This document shows, piece by piece, positions 1-19,940 of a stretch of 64,000 bases of DNA. The DNA lies in the NCBI GenBank assembly GCA_963693365.1, contig CAVNZM010000002.1:3240259-3304258 (forward strand). Reading direction: 5' to 3'. Origin of the DNA: Amoebidium appalachense. Lineage: Eukaryota; Protista; Ichthyosporea. The notes beneath the pieces were generated by a model. That model saw only the letters and a list, made by a program, of their open reading frames with translations, was not told where the DNA came from and did not search any database. Position numbers and translations under genes: made by a program. Within the stretch, counting starts at the first letter, position 1; each line of letters starts with the position of its first letter.

Positions 1-760
1 ACGCACACGCATTCACACACACGCACACACACAATTACACATGTAACACGTGCACAGAAAACTAATTGGGTACTTTCATGCACACATTTTCACTTGCACA
101 CACACACTCACACGCCACGTGCATTTACACGTGCACAAAAACGGAGACACCATGCCACCTTATAGATGCATGTGCAGGCATATTTTTTATCTGTGCACAT
201 ACGCATGCAACATGCACATGCCCACCAAGACACATGCAACGTACACATGTCTGTGCGGGCCTGCGCATGCGCGTGCGCGCGCACACATACACAAACACAC
301 ACATGCATAATCACACACACACTCACTCACTCACTCGTATACACACACGTGCGCGCGCGCACACACACACACACGCGTGCGCGCGCGCGCACAAGCACAA
401 GCACAAGCACAAGCACAAGCACAAGCACAAGCACAGATGCATTCATACATGCACGAACGTACACACACAGGCGCAGATACACACAGAAACAAATCGATGG
501 ACCCAGCACCATCACAACCAACACAACCGCCCCTTTTAGAACCATTTACTTCGTCATAAAACGTCTTATAGCCATGGTATCACAAGATGTCATCCTATAG
601 TTTCAGCCCATACTAATCTTAGAACCCCCCCCCCCCCCCCCCCCCCCGCTTCTTCCCCCTCCCGCCCCTCTCCCCTCCCCTTCCGCCCTCCCCTCGCCCT
701 TCCCCCCTCCCCCCCCCTCCCCCCCCCCCCCCCCCCCCGCAAACAAAAAAAAAAACACAG

Positions 761-6639
<5,879 letters not shown>

Positions 6640-6984
6640 AGCTAATAACCATTTGTGGCAAGGACTGGTAGGCACCGTCCAATGAAAATCGTGTGCTGGC
6701 AGTATTTGTACAAAGTGAGCATCTAAGCCTATCTGGGTAATGTTTTATAGGTAATGTGTTTGTGATCAGAATGTTTGTAGGGTTGATACTACGGATCAGT
6801 ATGCAGTGTGTTGCATATGTTGAGCCTATGATTAAAGAGTGATGCTTGGACTTATGTAAAAAATGCAAGAAATGTTGTTTGCTATTTGGAGTGCATTATA
6901 GGTTTTTGGTAGCCTGTATCGGGAGAGGGGGTGGGGGGGGGGGGGGGGGGGTCTGACGTGTGTGCGTGTGTGTGATGTGTGCTT

Positions 6985-7015
<31 letters not shown>

Positions 7016-7763
7016 ATAGTAGGAGCTGATGTTGCCAGGGTTGTCTGTGCCGTTTGTATTTTTTTTTTTTCTCCCGATAATTGTTTTCCAATCGATACGT
7101 GTTTCATTCTCGTTCTGTCGCGGGCACCTCTATTTTCCGGATTATTCCCTTAAAATTTGCTGTTGTTTGGGTGGGTTAATGTTGATAGTTGCTCAGGGAT
7201 ATATTGGGACTGGTTTCTTTTCCTTTCGGCAAAAAAAAAAAAAAAAAAAAAGGTGTGTGTGTGTGTGTTGGGGGGGGGGGGGGGGGGGGGGGGGCTTTCG
7301 ATAACTAGTGTCTTACTTCAAAAACAAACCAATATTTAATTATAAAACAGAATGTGGAAACTAATATTTGCAGTGTGTTATATGTCCACACACTGCTTAT
7401 GGCAATCAACTTGAGTCGAATACCGTTCTATGTTCTAGTGGTAAATCTCGTCTGTATGCATAAATAGCGCCTACTGATGATTTCTGTTGATATAATTATG
7501 GCATGCGGCATGGAGTTAAATTGCTTGAGGGTTAAAAGAAAACTGAATAAAATGATTGGATGTCCAATGACGTACATAATACATGATGGTGCATCCTTCT
7601 TTGTATCTTGATCGGTTGAATAAGTCAACATAAAAAACAGAAAAGAAAAAAGATGTCGAAAGCGATCAAGCGGGTGTTCCGGCATAGGCAATATTGATTC
7701 CACAGCCATGGCCTCTATAAGGGATCCAATTGTGTTTTTTTTTTTTTTTTTGTGTGTTTTTTT

Positions 7764-7819
<56 letters not shown>

Positions 7820-8200
7820 AAGCGAACACAAGTCTGAAAAGCGAAACGGGTCCTAGGCTCAGGGTTGGCAACGTCCCTAGGGGGGGGGGGGGGGGGGGGG
7901 CCTGGTCCAATGACGGTGGGCGGCCGAATGATACCATGAAAGTTCCACTCATGGTTACAACCTTTCCCAGAAAATCCTCCGTACGTGTTGCATTGCAAAT
8001 TAAGTGACATAAATCCCGCCCTAAAGAATCTACTCTGACATGTAATCGCACGTGCACCGGGGCCGGCCCGGATGGAACATCGAGTCTACCACTGGAAGGG
8101 CTAGCCAATTAGGTGTTGCAACGGTTACCCACCCCCCCCCCCCCTCCCCCCGGGGAACCCTTCCACCCTCCCGTCCTTCTTCCATTCTCCTTCTCCCCCC

Positions 8201-8234
<34 letters not shown>

Positions 8235-8553
8235 CCCCGGTCCCGTCTCAAGGGGTTCCCCCGGCAGCCTTTCCTCCGACATCAATGTTCACACAATACA
8301 CGTGTGTTTAGTCGGGGAAAGGGTTTATGTAGATTCCAAGGCTTAAATCCCCCCCCCCCCCCCCCCCCCTTCCCTCCACAGTGATCCCCCCCCCCTCCCC
8401 CCATCCCTCCAAAACCCACCCACCCACCCGCCCACCCCCTTCCTTTTCCACGGCACATCCCAAACGTTACACACGAAATTCTTCCTCACATTGCAACCCT
8501 AACCTCCGCATCCCGGCTAGCATTTAGTTCCCACATTGAATATACTTTTTCGT

Positions 8554-8601
<48 letters not shown>

Positions 8602-9188
8602 CCCCCCCTCCGCCCCCCGCCGCCTTTTTTTTTTTTTTTTTTTTTTTTTTAGCGAGTCTTGTCCTGCACAGATCTGCCATCTTTACGTGTTGGTAGATCC
8701 CAAATCACAAAAACACACCAATTGCATGTTGAACACAAAAGGACCCTGGTCCGAATCACTGCGCTCAAAACTGCGCATGCACAAATTATTTACTGCGTAC
8801 ACAAATTTACACCTTACGAATTGTACGGTGGAAAGAAAACGTCCGCATGCGCGCCCACACACACACATGATGCATTGCACCGTGATTATTATTTACAAGA
8901 CCAGCCACACAGTGTTACGCACGTGCAAAGACTCGCACTGGTTTAAAGTGCATTATATATAGGACATCTCATATGGACATGCAAATGCTTTTAGACGAAA
9001 CTTCTTCTGCCCATGGCACAAGCTGGTTTCTGAAAAGATGTTCATGTTAGGAAGAAAGGACTTTGTCCTCCAGATGTTTCAAATAATTGCATATCTTTCG
9101 CCAAAAATTGAGAGCTCTTATTATCATTATTTGCGTATCGCAATCCAAACAAATTACGTGCACTCTTTACAGCCCCCCCCCCCCCCCC

Positions 9189-9228
<40 letters not shown>

Positions 9229-9476
9229 CCCCCCGCCCGCCCCCACAAACACACACACACCCAGTGGCACCCTCCACCCCCAGGCCTCCCCCCCTCCCCA
9301 CCCCCCTTCTCCCCCCCCTCCCCCCCCCCCCCAAAAAAAAAAAACAAAAAGTCGCAGAACAGACACTGTATAAACCGAGGAGGACAGAGAATAATAGAAC
9401 AAGAACCGTTATATTTGGGGGGGGGGGGGGGGGGGGGGGGGGGGAGGAGAAAAGAAAGGAAAAAAAAAAAGGCACC

Positions 9477-10717
9477 TCAGCTCAAAGACTTACTGAGTCC
9501 CACAACCTCACGAATAAACAATGCCCCTACGACAGCAAAACAGCAGCCGGCCATCACCAAAGCCCACGGCAGGCCCTCATCACCCAGGCCCTCCCTCATT
9601 GCAGAAATAACAAAAGTTACGATCAACTGCGGCACACAAATGATCAGGTTAAGAATTCCCATTTGCACGCCTACGGATAAACTATCCTCCTTCCCTTCCT
9701 GGTTATGCTTCCCGACAATCGCAAAAGGAAACGACTTAATTGCTAAACGGGAATGGATATAAGAATAGCTACGGTGTATGCCATTCCGACGGTTTGGGGA
9801 CCAAACTTGGACAAAAACATAATCACCGCTCCGACTAAGAGAAACGCCGAATATACGAACCTCGTTCGCCGTAATATTCCATAAGTCACCAGCCCGGCCA
9901 AAAGCATCGAATTACATATCTGTAACACGTTTGCATAAACACCGGAAAGTGAATAGTTGCTTAACCCTTTGTTGAATGCCGCGGTACCATCCGGTGTACA
10001 GTTATCCCAGCTGCACCCACCGTAAACATTAATTCCAAATTACGTAGATGCCGTGGGCCACCAAGCAAACAGCGAAGCCCACGAAAAAAACTGCACAAAA
10101 GCTACGACGGCCAAGCGAATGTCCATGTGCCTTATCGCCATGAAAACACCAACAAAGGGTTCGTAGAGAGAAGATGAGGGTGCGGGTGTAGAGTTTGGGG
10201 CCTCATGTACGAGAAAACATGTAAGGCAGATGAAAAAAACGTTTATAGCCATCACGGTGCCGAACAGAGCAACGAGGTCATCTTCGCTGTGATACATTGT
10301 ATTCATCAATTGCAACCATATCCCAGAAATCCACCGCAACCTTGAAAAAACGAAGATAGAAGCTGCCCTGTTGCTTGTTGTGAAGGAGGGGAAACATCTG
10401 AAACGAACGCGCGAAGGGGTGTTTGTATGACGTTTATTGTCACGTCGACGAAAATGGCGAGAATGAAAGAGACCGGCAACACAATCGCAGGGGGGAAAAT
10501 ATACCGCGCCCCTGCGAAAAGCATTGATATGGTAACCATCAGAAGCAGTCCACCCAAGAGTTACGGCCTTCTCCGGCCAAAGCGGGAGCGGCAACGATCA
10601 GAGAAGGAGCCCGTAATGGGGCCGAAAATCCAAATGTTTGTGGCCCAAAAAGTGGACAGCCCCAGGCCTTCCATTAAGGGAGTTATGAGGCCAAACTCTG
10701 TCTGCCAGATTGTTCCT
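9477..10717 (-). pseudogene. GPH-family (plant SUT/SUC, fungal Sut1, SLC45-like) MFS sugar transporter pseudogene, intronless
   Basis: Family motifs WQTEFGLITP, IWIFGPITG, SDRCRSRFGRRRP, DVTINVIQTPLRAFVSD, QFFSWASLF, FPFAIV, GVQMGILNLIICVPQLIV. Disrupted by in-frame TAA at 10561-10563 and 10040-10042, frameshifts near 10310 and 9743, and an apparent deletion after GPITG. No start codon in frame. Confidence 0.85.
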
Positions 10718-11620
10718 GGTCGAGGGTCTGGGTATCCATGATGTTATCAGTATATTCGTACTGCTCATGAAATTTTTTTCCTATTGCTGTTTATGGTCCT
10801 GTGCTTGGCCTTCTTCTCAGGTGTATGTGTGTGGACGGACGTGTATTCGAGCTTTGCGGTTGCGACCACTTTTTTAAGACTGGACAGAATACAGGATCAC
10901 CGCATATAATATGTAGGCTATACTCCAGACAAGCTCATGTATTGATTTGATTGTCAATGATTGAATGATGGTGATTGACTGAGCCTGCAGAAACTGACGG
11001 AGGCATATTCACGAACGGTCGGAGTCCAAATATCGAGGGGTTTACGCTGTTAAATATCGAGACCCAAAATAGACAACAAAGAATTTTGCATAACATTTGA
11101 ACACTATTCTGCATGCAACACCGTATTCTTGGGTTTCCATTTTCTATACCGGGAGCTGAAATGCATCGAAACACCTATTTTTATCCATCGATAACTCTGG
11201 AATGCTTTTGTGTCGAGTGTTGCGGAATGTGCGCAAAAATAGTTACGGTTTCGAGCCCTGACCTTTACAACCCTGTGTAAATTCTACTTCTCTTAGTCCC
11301 ACAAACTTTACTCGAAACGACTTGCGAATGTTTCTGCCGTATGTACACGCACAAAAATGGGTAGCTGGCAGGCTACCGAACATTTGATTATAATACCTAA
11401 AAGTAGCCTGCAGGACAGTTAGATGCTTGCAACACGCACATTTACTTCGATCGCGTCGTCTAAACCTGTTGCAAGAATACAAATGCATTTCATACACAGA
11501 CACGCACGCACACACACACACGCACCGTGCACACACACACACGCACACACACACATTGTGACACACACACACACACACACGTGCACACACACACACACAC
11601 GTGCACACACACACACACAT

Positions 11621-11698
<78 letters not shown>

Positions 11699-11903
11699 AC
11701 ACACACAAACACACACAGACAAACAAACACACACACACAAAACAAAAACACGTTAGCATACACACACACCATACTATGGTGTGTGCGTGTGTGTGTTAAT
11801 GTAAACGCGGCACACTAACTAACACGCACATACACACACAAACATACACACAGGCGCGCACGCACACACACACATGCACACACATACCTACACACAAATT
11901 CAT

Positions 11904-11987
<84 letters not shown>

Positions 11988-12133
11988 CACACACAGTGTC
12001 ACACACACCGGCACCCACCTACCCACACACACACACACGCGCGCATGCGCACGCCACTATCCAGTTGCCCGATTGAAATCCTCCCCCCCCCCCTCCCCCC
12101 CCCCCCTCCCCCCACCCACCCACCCACCCACCC

Positions 12134-12167
<34 letters not shown>

Positions 12168-13912
12168 CACTCAAACACTATGAAAAAGAAAAAGGGGAAC
12201 CCCAGCGTATTGAATACTTCATAATATGTTCATCATCCCGGATTATCTCCATGATTTTTCTAGATAGATTCCGAACCGGGGACAGAGAGGGCCGAAAGGA
12301 AACAATATTCTGCAGTTGAAGATTCACAGTCTTTATTTCGCTACGTGTACAACTCTAGTTATTCTCTCTCTTGTGTTTTGTTTTACAATCTTCATCTCGT
12401 AACGGTTACAACTCTGGGCTTTCTCTTTAGTACTGTGGTCGGCTTTACAATCATTATCTCGTTACAACTCTAATTATGTATTCTCTTTCATGTTTTTTTC
12501 AGTGGTTTACATCACCAGAACCCTGCAGCTGTGCGCATTATTGTGAGCCCTAATACACAACCACACACACACACACACACCACACACACTATAGTGGCTC
12601 CCTAGGGCTAGCCCACTCAAAGGCCCTCAAGCTCAGCGTTATACTATATATCATAATCATCATTTAATGTAAAAAGGGCAAAAACCAACACCAGGCCGAT
12701 AACCTTACACGTGACACCAAATGCATGCTCTATGTATGTATAGACGTTCCTCGTGCGCACATATGTGCACCTCGGCTCCTTAAGGTCCACCTTTGACTCT
12801 GAAGATTTGCAATTGTTAAAAACAGATCGGCAGATGTCATTTCTTTGACGTCTTGCTTGAGCAAGTTGTGGATTATGTATATAGTATTACTGATGTGTCA
12901 CGAGAATACCAATCGATGTAATTAACGACCAATTAACTAAATCAAATGTCGACATACGTGGTTCCCCATGCCTTCACCTATACTCCTGCATAACACTCTC
13001 GACCAGAGCACCTTTGTACACGAATAGACACAACCAACTAGGTAACGCAGTAAAGCTTAACAATCTCCCACTTATCGTTGGTGTAACAGTTCCGTTGTGC
13101 TCTGCACAACATCATTTTTTAATCTGCTTGCCTTACAAAACAGCACGCACACCACACACACACACACACACACACACACCAGCACCACCACCACCATCTC
13201 CAAACCCTCTCCCTCACTGCTATCTAAGCCTTTGCTTCAACGTACTAAATGTGCTTACCTAGACCATATGTGGCTTTATCTTGTGTCCTGTGACCCCCCT
13301 CCCCCCCCTTCCCCCCCCCCCCCCCTCCCCCCCTCCAACCCTGCAATTTTTGTTAATCGATGAGTGGCGCCAAACTTTTATCAAGTTGTCCCTCGTGTAT
13401 CCCCCTGTGCTTCTCGTTTGTTCTCAGCAATTCTCAGAACCTTGAATCAAGTGCCCCCCCCTCCCTTCCCCCAGTGCACACATGCAGATGACACCAACCC
13501 CACCGCATCCGACAAACACACAAACACACATTTTGACCACATCTTGAACACGTACATGCGGAACACACACATGTGTACACACACAGTACATTGTGCACAT
13601 GCACACAAACACACATAACGCGAAACACACACACACACTGACACACATACACTACGTCGACTGCCCCCTCCACCACGCACGTACACACGTGCCTGCGCAT
13701 GCCAGAAAAAGAAGAGTTACAAACATGCATACACACACATGCACACATAATACACACACGCGCGCACACACATGCACATTGGGCAGAACGCACGAGCACA
13801 GTCACTGTGCATGAAATGGTTACTCTTTCATACTGCCCGCTCCTCCCCCCTTTACCCCCCAACCCCCAACTCCAACCCCCTACCCCCCCACCCTTTCCCC
13901 TTTTCCAATCCC

Positions 13913-13943
<31 letters not shown>

Positions 13944-14907
13944 ACTCCTCCTCGGATAGAACAGGAAAAGTGAGAAAAGAAAACAAGAGGAATTTTAAAA
14001 AGGAAAGAAGAGCAAAAATGAAGAAGACAGAGGAAGAAAGGGAAATGGGGACCAGTAACACGAGGCATTGAAAACAGTACTAAACTGTCCGTCCACGCAC
14101 AAGAACGACCCTGCAAAATACTCCGTGTTTTGAAAATGTGCAACGATCATAAGACTGTGCCAACGAGCTCATTTCCGTTATAACCTTGTTGCTGAAAGCA
14201 AGCCTCCCCCCCCCCCCCCCCCCCCCTCCCCCCCCCCCCCCCCCCCCCCCTCGGGCGCAAAAAACGGAAGAAAGGAAAAAGTCAAAAAGGGAAAGAAAGC
14301 AAGGAAAAGAAAACTTGTAAAGAAAAAGAAAAGAAAAAAGGAGAATAAAGAAAGAGGGGGAAAAAAGAAAAACAAATATTTCAGAAACAGAAACACACCC
14401 ACACCAACTTGTTGATTTACCCCCCCCCCCCCCCCCCCCCCCTCCCTCCCTCCACCCCCCACCCCCCTCCCCCTGCCGCCCGGTCACAATCCTGTACATT
14501 TCCCTTACCCCCCTTCGCGCTCTTCTCTTCCCCAATACTCCCGTTTTGCAGCTCAGTGGTTAGTAGCGCCAAAACCAATGATCATTCCCTTTCAAATATA
14601 CAGACCATTTTATTCAGCCATCATTTAGCTCCCCTTCAAGCCCTTCTTTCAAGTCTCTCTGTGCTGGCTTTTCCCACCGTTTTTGTGCCTCGTACGTTCT
14701 CACACCTGGACACTCTTATTCGCACACACTCACAGACACATGCACGGCACACACATGCATGCACAGCCACACACACCCAAGCCCATGCACACCGGTGACC
14801 ACACACAAGCACACACCTGAATGCTCATGTGCGAACATACCTGCATTCCTGCAAACGAATGCACACCAGCTCGCACGCACGCATGCACACACGCACGTGG
14901 GCGCTGC

Positions 14908-14997
<90 letters not shown>

Positions 14998-15669
14998 TGA
15001 CACACTGTGCATATTTTCCCGGAGTCCCTACCGCATATAGACCAGTTTTCGAGCCAATTTTCAACTCGCACGTCTCCTGATACGTACAATCACTTGCGTC
15101 TCATGGATTTACCCGCAATTACTACTCATGTGTGAAAAGGCGCACTGAAGTTCACTTCCCAAGAAATCATCTCATTACAACCGCTCCGGTAATATAATGA
15201 GTCACAGAGACTTCTACTATTTTTTATCACACGTGCTGGGTTGCGGCTATTGGAGGGTGCAATGACATGTTTCCCCCCCCCCTTATTGGTGAGTGTCACT
15301 GTCACCTCCGCGCTACATGAGCATGTAGAGAGCTGTTTCTGCGGATTTAGGCCGGATAGTGGGTGGTAGGTGCGTGGGTGAGCGGTCGTGCACGGAGATA
15401 ATGATGTGTGTTTGTGTCGTGTGTAGTGTGTGCATGTGTGTGTATGTGTGTGTTGGGGGGGGGGGGGGGAGGGGGTTTGTGTGGCTGAAGGGGGTAAAGA
15501 GGGGGGGGGAGGGGGGGGGGGGGAAGAGGAGGGTGAGATTCACCAAAAAAAAACAGAGATATCTCCCCTGGCTGAACTATTAATACATACATACATATAT
15601 ACATACATGTGTGTGTGTGTGTCACAGTGTGTGTGTGTGTGTATGTGTGTGTGTGTGTGTGTGTGTGAC

Positions 15670-15733
<64 letters not shown>

Positions 15734-15959
15734 TGTGTGTGGGTGTCCCAAAGCTCAAGTTATGTTACTGTATCTTCAAAGATTTCCAGGCTGGCACCTG
15801 GGGATTCGAAAAGCAAAATGGGTGGGGGCCGTGGGGCGGGGGGGGGGGGGGGGGGAGGGGGGAGGGGGGGGCATAACTTAAATGGCTGCAGCGTAGCATC
15901 GGCCAAGGCATTGAACATTGTTCCCCCCTTTCCCCCCTCCAACCCCCCCCCTCCCCCCC

Positions 15960-15990
<31 letters not shown>

Positions 15991-16120
15991 AAAGACCACC
16001 CCCATCCCCACCCCCACCCAAGCCCTTTCAAATCGAGTGGACCTCTTCCGGAATTCCTCCAGATAGTGACCGCTACTACCATCTGAGTGATATATATGCA
16101 GTGCTCCACTTAATTGCCCC

Positions 16121-16151
<31 letters not shown>

Positions 16152-16312
16152 AAGAAAAGAAAAAGAAAAGAAAATTTTAAGAGAGAGAGAGAGAGAAGAA
16201 AAGAAAATGACACACAACGGCACGCACACACGCACACATGCGCGCGCACGCACGCAAGCATGCACACACGCGCGCGCGCGCACACACACACACACAGGCA
16301 CACGCACGCACA

Positions 16313-16403
<91 letters not shown>

Positions 16404-16771
16404 ACACACATACACACACACACCGTGACACACATACACACACACCCACACAACTCCTCCCTCTTCCCGCCGAGGATCGATATCTTTTACAAGCGTTACA
16501 AGTAGTATCCCACGCACACCTGACACCGTCAGATGTGAGCATGCCTGAGATATGAAGCCACAATCACACAGACCGTGTGTGCATGATACGTACATGCACA
16601 CACAACAGACAGTGCACGCACCGTGACACATGTGGCAACACACAGTACACACACGCGCGCCTTGCCCTTTAAACTCTTGTCCGAATATATTTTTGGAAGC
16701 TGACTGACGCCTCATCCTTCCCCCCTCCCCCTCCCCCCCCGCCCCCGGGGCCCCCCCTCTCTCCCTCCCTC

Positions 16772-16807
<36 letters not shown>

Positions 16808-16826
16808 CCTCTCCCCCCCCCCCCCT

Positions 16827-16908
<82 letters not shown>

Positions 16909-18001
16909 CCTCCCCCCCTCCCTCCCCCCCCCCCCCCCCCCCCAAAAAAAAAAAAAAAAAAAAAAACGAAAAAAAATAAATAAATGAAAAATAAAAAATT
17001 CCGGCCCTAGCATCATGCAGGTGCCAGCCTTGTTTGCTGCGGCCGAGTCCCGACCTCCGAAAGAATACAAGATCACGTTCCATGGCCCCCATTTTTAATT
17101 AAACCGCTCCGGGCATCTTCCAGTACGGTACGCGAGGACCTGAGCCACACAGCTGCCAGTGCACTCAGGAGGCAGTTATGCCCCGGCCCGGCCTGGCCGG
17201 TCACGGCCCGGGCAGGACCCGGGCGGCATCGCGCAGTTTCGCGATCGTGATCATTGACTACGACATCGATTTCAATAGTATCATTCATAATACAGATAGG
17301 GAAACACTGTAACCCCGGTCCTGCATTTATGCGTCCTTACTGGTTATCAGACAAGGGAATTACGAGCATTTCACGGCGCCCTCCATTTCTTCACGACCTG
17401 AATTCAGTGAACTGTAGAAGCTACATGGAATAGGTGAGCTATGACTGCACTGTGATCATCTGCGATCGGAATGTAAACAAACAAACCCTCAGGCTGCGAT
17501 TGGCTCTTTTTTAGCTGCGAACCTTATTTGGAAATAATATAATAAACGAAGGGGGCCTCCCGGCAACACAAGTGCCAGTTTGAAGAATGCGCGTACGAAT
17601 TATAATGATTCTTGCTCAAGTATATGAATATATGTTCAAAACTTTACAAACCCGTTTATGAAACGCAATAACTTGGTATGCCACATGTGCAATGTTCTTT
17701 GAAGCTTGCTGCTGTACACTGTACTATATACGTGCAGAGCGAGCGTGCCACTTCGTTCAAATTTGTAGGTATTCAGGAAGCACAGGAATGCACTGCAATA
17801 TCGCTAATGTTAGTTTCTTTGTTTTGATTAAACAAAATAGCTTCCTAACTAGATCTGTTACATATATGTGTGTTTATGTATGTATGTATGTATATACTGA
17901 TGTATGTTAATACATATGTTTGTGAAAAAAGCATATAGGTGTCCACGGAAAGAAATTGGTTGACAACTTGCTGGGAAATCCCGGGAGGGCAGGGCACCTT
18001 T

Positions 18002-18115
18002 GGAATGCGCCGGAATGCTGAGGAATTTGCCTTTGTAAGCACGAGCCAGCCAATCAAATCTGCTTACCGTGTAACCAATCAAATCAATCTGTGCAAAAGC
18101 ATTGGGGTATATAAA
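18002..18115 (+). promoter_or_regulatory. Putative promoter of the AAAP gene: GGAAT(G) x3, two CCAAT boxes, TATA box
   Basis: GGAAT at 18002, 18012, 18022; CCAATCAAATC at 18050 and 18075; TATATAAA at 18108-18115, about 230 bp upstream of ATG 18342. Confidence 0.55.
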
Positions 18116-18341
18116 GCCAGAACCCGACGTTCGTCAGTCACAACACACAGCTGTCATTTTATCGTGTACACCCACGCGCTGAGCACGCTACGAGCCTGCC
18201 TGGTCAAAAGCCCAAAGCCCTTGCCACAAATCCGCATTTCCGCAGAAAAAGCTCGTCTGCAACTTCTGGTTTACTCCAATCTTTAACAGGATTCGCTGAG
18301 CCCAAGCTTTCCCGAAGCATTCTCCAGAGGACACAGAGAAA

Positions 18342-19940
18342 ATGGCATCCAACACACACACTGACACAACCGCTGCCAACCCCCACCAAACCACTACAGA
18401 GCAGGCCCCTTGCACCTTCATCGAACTGCAGAGCGAACCAAAAAAGACAACTTCCTTCGACCCATACAAGAAGAATGCATCCTCCCCTCCTTTCTCACAC
18501 ACCACAGCCGGCCACGTGAACATCAACACCTGTGCCCACGGCCACCACCATGGAGCCTGCCACGCGTGCGGTGTGGACGTTTCCGACGCTGTGAATGAAA
18601 CCCCCTCTGTTGTGCCTGTCTCAGTTCCACACGGGAGGTGGTACCACACTGCGTTTCATGTTACCACGGTCATTGTTGGTACGGGTGTCTTGGGCCTTCC
18701 CCGCGCTATCGCATCGCTCACATGGATCCCCGGTATGATCATCCTTCTTCTGGCGTACATGGGGAGCTACTACACGGCTACGCTTCTCTCGCACATGCAC
18801 CTTACCTTGCAAGATGAAGACACCCCGGAACCAATGCGCCTCAGGACCTACTTTGCCATCGGCACGTATGTGTTTGGAAAACGCAACGCCAAGATGTATG
18901 TCGCCCCGTTCCAATACATAATCCTTCTTGGTACGTGCATAGCCTATCTCATTGCCGCCGGCGAGAACATCAGCGGACTGTACAGAGGCAGTTGTGGTAA
19001 TGACTGTCCCATTGTGCGTCAACTCGTGTGGACCACCGTGGTAATGATTCTGCAACTCCTTCTGTGCTTTTTCCCTTCGCTGGAGAGCGTGTCGTTCATT
19101 TCAATGATTGCCGCTGTCGCAAGTATGGGTTACTGTTTCATAAGCATCATTTTGTGCTTCACCCTCGGGAGGCAACCTGATGCGGTTTACGGCGCGGGCG
19201 ACGAACCCACTTCCACGCTCATTTTTAATATCTTCACGGGGATTTCCACAATCGCGTTTGCCTTTGGTGTGCACATGATCGTACCCGAGATCCAGGCTAC
19301 CCTCCGCCCCGTACCAAGCCCTGTACGTGAGAACATCAAGGGTGTGAGTGTTGCGTGGATTTTCGTTTTTGTGCTCTACTTTTGCAGCGCCATTTCGGGA
19401 TACTGGGCCTTTGGTAACGCCGTGCACGGAAACATCCTTATGAGCATTCAGGCCGCGAGCACAAATTCTGCCGTTTCGACGTTTTTGAAAATCGCGCAGG
19501 TTTTGGTGATTATCCACGTGATTATCGCATACCAAGTTCTTTCTATGCCCGTGTACGCCGCCATGGAGAGGCACCTTGTTCGCCGTCAGAAGTTACGAAT
19601 GGGAGGAGCAGTCTATGGGGAGATTGAAACTTTGCAGGCCCCGCGGTTAACGGTCATTTTGGTGCGGTTTGCGTATATCCTCCTCACGTGGTTTGTCGCC
19701 ATCGCCATTCCTTTCTTTGGTGATATCATGTCTCTTTTCGGTGCTCTGGGCATGACCCCACTTACGTTTGTTCTCCCTTGCCTCTTGTTTGTGGTGTATG
19801 CTAAGGGTAGGATTAGTACGGCAGAGAAAGTCCTGTGCTATGGTATTGCCGGTGTGGGTGTGTTTTTGGGTGTGGCTGGCACCATCTCCTCTGTTAGGCA
19901 GATTGTGGTGAGTGCAGGGAACTTCCGCGTTTTTGCCTAA
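18342..19940 (+). CDS. Amino acid/auxin permease (AAAP, Aa_trans) family transporter, LHT/ProT/GAT-like, 532 aa, intronless CDS
   Basis: Uninterrupted ORF with WYHTAFHVTTVIVGTGVLGLPRAIASLTW, STIAFAFGVHMIVPEIQATL, GYWAFGN, IPFFGDIMSLFGALGMTPLTFVLPC and about 11 hydrophobic segments. Confidence 0.95.
   Translation: MASNTHTDTTAANPHQTTTEQAPCTFIELQSEPKKTTSFDPYKKNASSPPFSHTTAGHVNINTCAHGHHHGACHACGVDVSDAVNETPSVVPVSVPHGRWYHTAFHVTTVIVGTGVLGLPRAIASLTWIPGMIILLLAYMGSYYTATLLSHMHLTLQDEDTPEPMRLRTYFAIGTYVFGKRNAKMYVAPFQYIILLGTCIAYLIAAGENISGLYRGSCGNDCPIVRQLVWTTVVMILQLLLCFFPSLESVSFISMIAAVASMGYCFISIILCFTLGRQPDAVYGAGDEPTSTLIFNIFTGISTIAFAFGVHMIVPEIQATLRPVPSPVRENIKGVSVAWIFVFVLYFCSAISGYWAFGNAVHGNILMSIQAASTNSAVSTFLKIAQVLVIIHVIIAYQVLSMPVYAAMERHLVRRQKLRMGGAVYGEIETLQAPRLTVILVRFAYILLTWFVAIAIPFFGDIMSLFGALGMTPLTFVLPCLLFVVYAKGRISTAEKVLCYGIAGVGVFLGVAGTISSVRQIVVSAGNFRVFA

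Noticed and set aside
7860-8135. hAT-type MITE starting CAGGGTTGGCAAC
   Set aside because: The right end (GTTACCCACCCC) is only a loose match and there is no TSD.
10040-10563. TAA reassignment suggested by two in-frame TAA at aromatic positions in the sugar transporter
   Set aside because: The same locus has frameshifts and a deletion, and intact genes end in TAA (6639, 19940) with no internal TAA.
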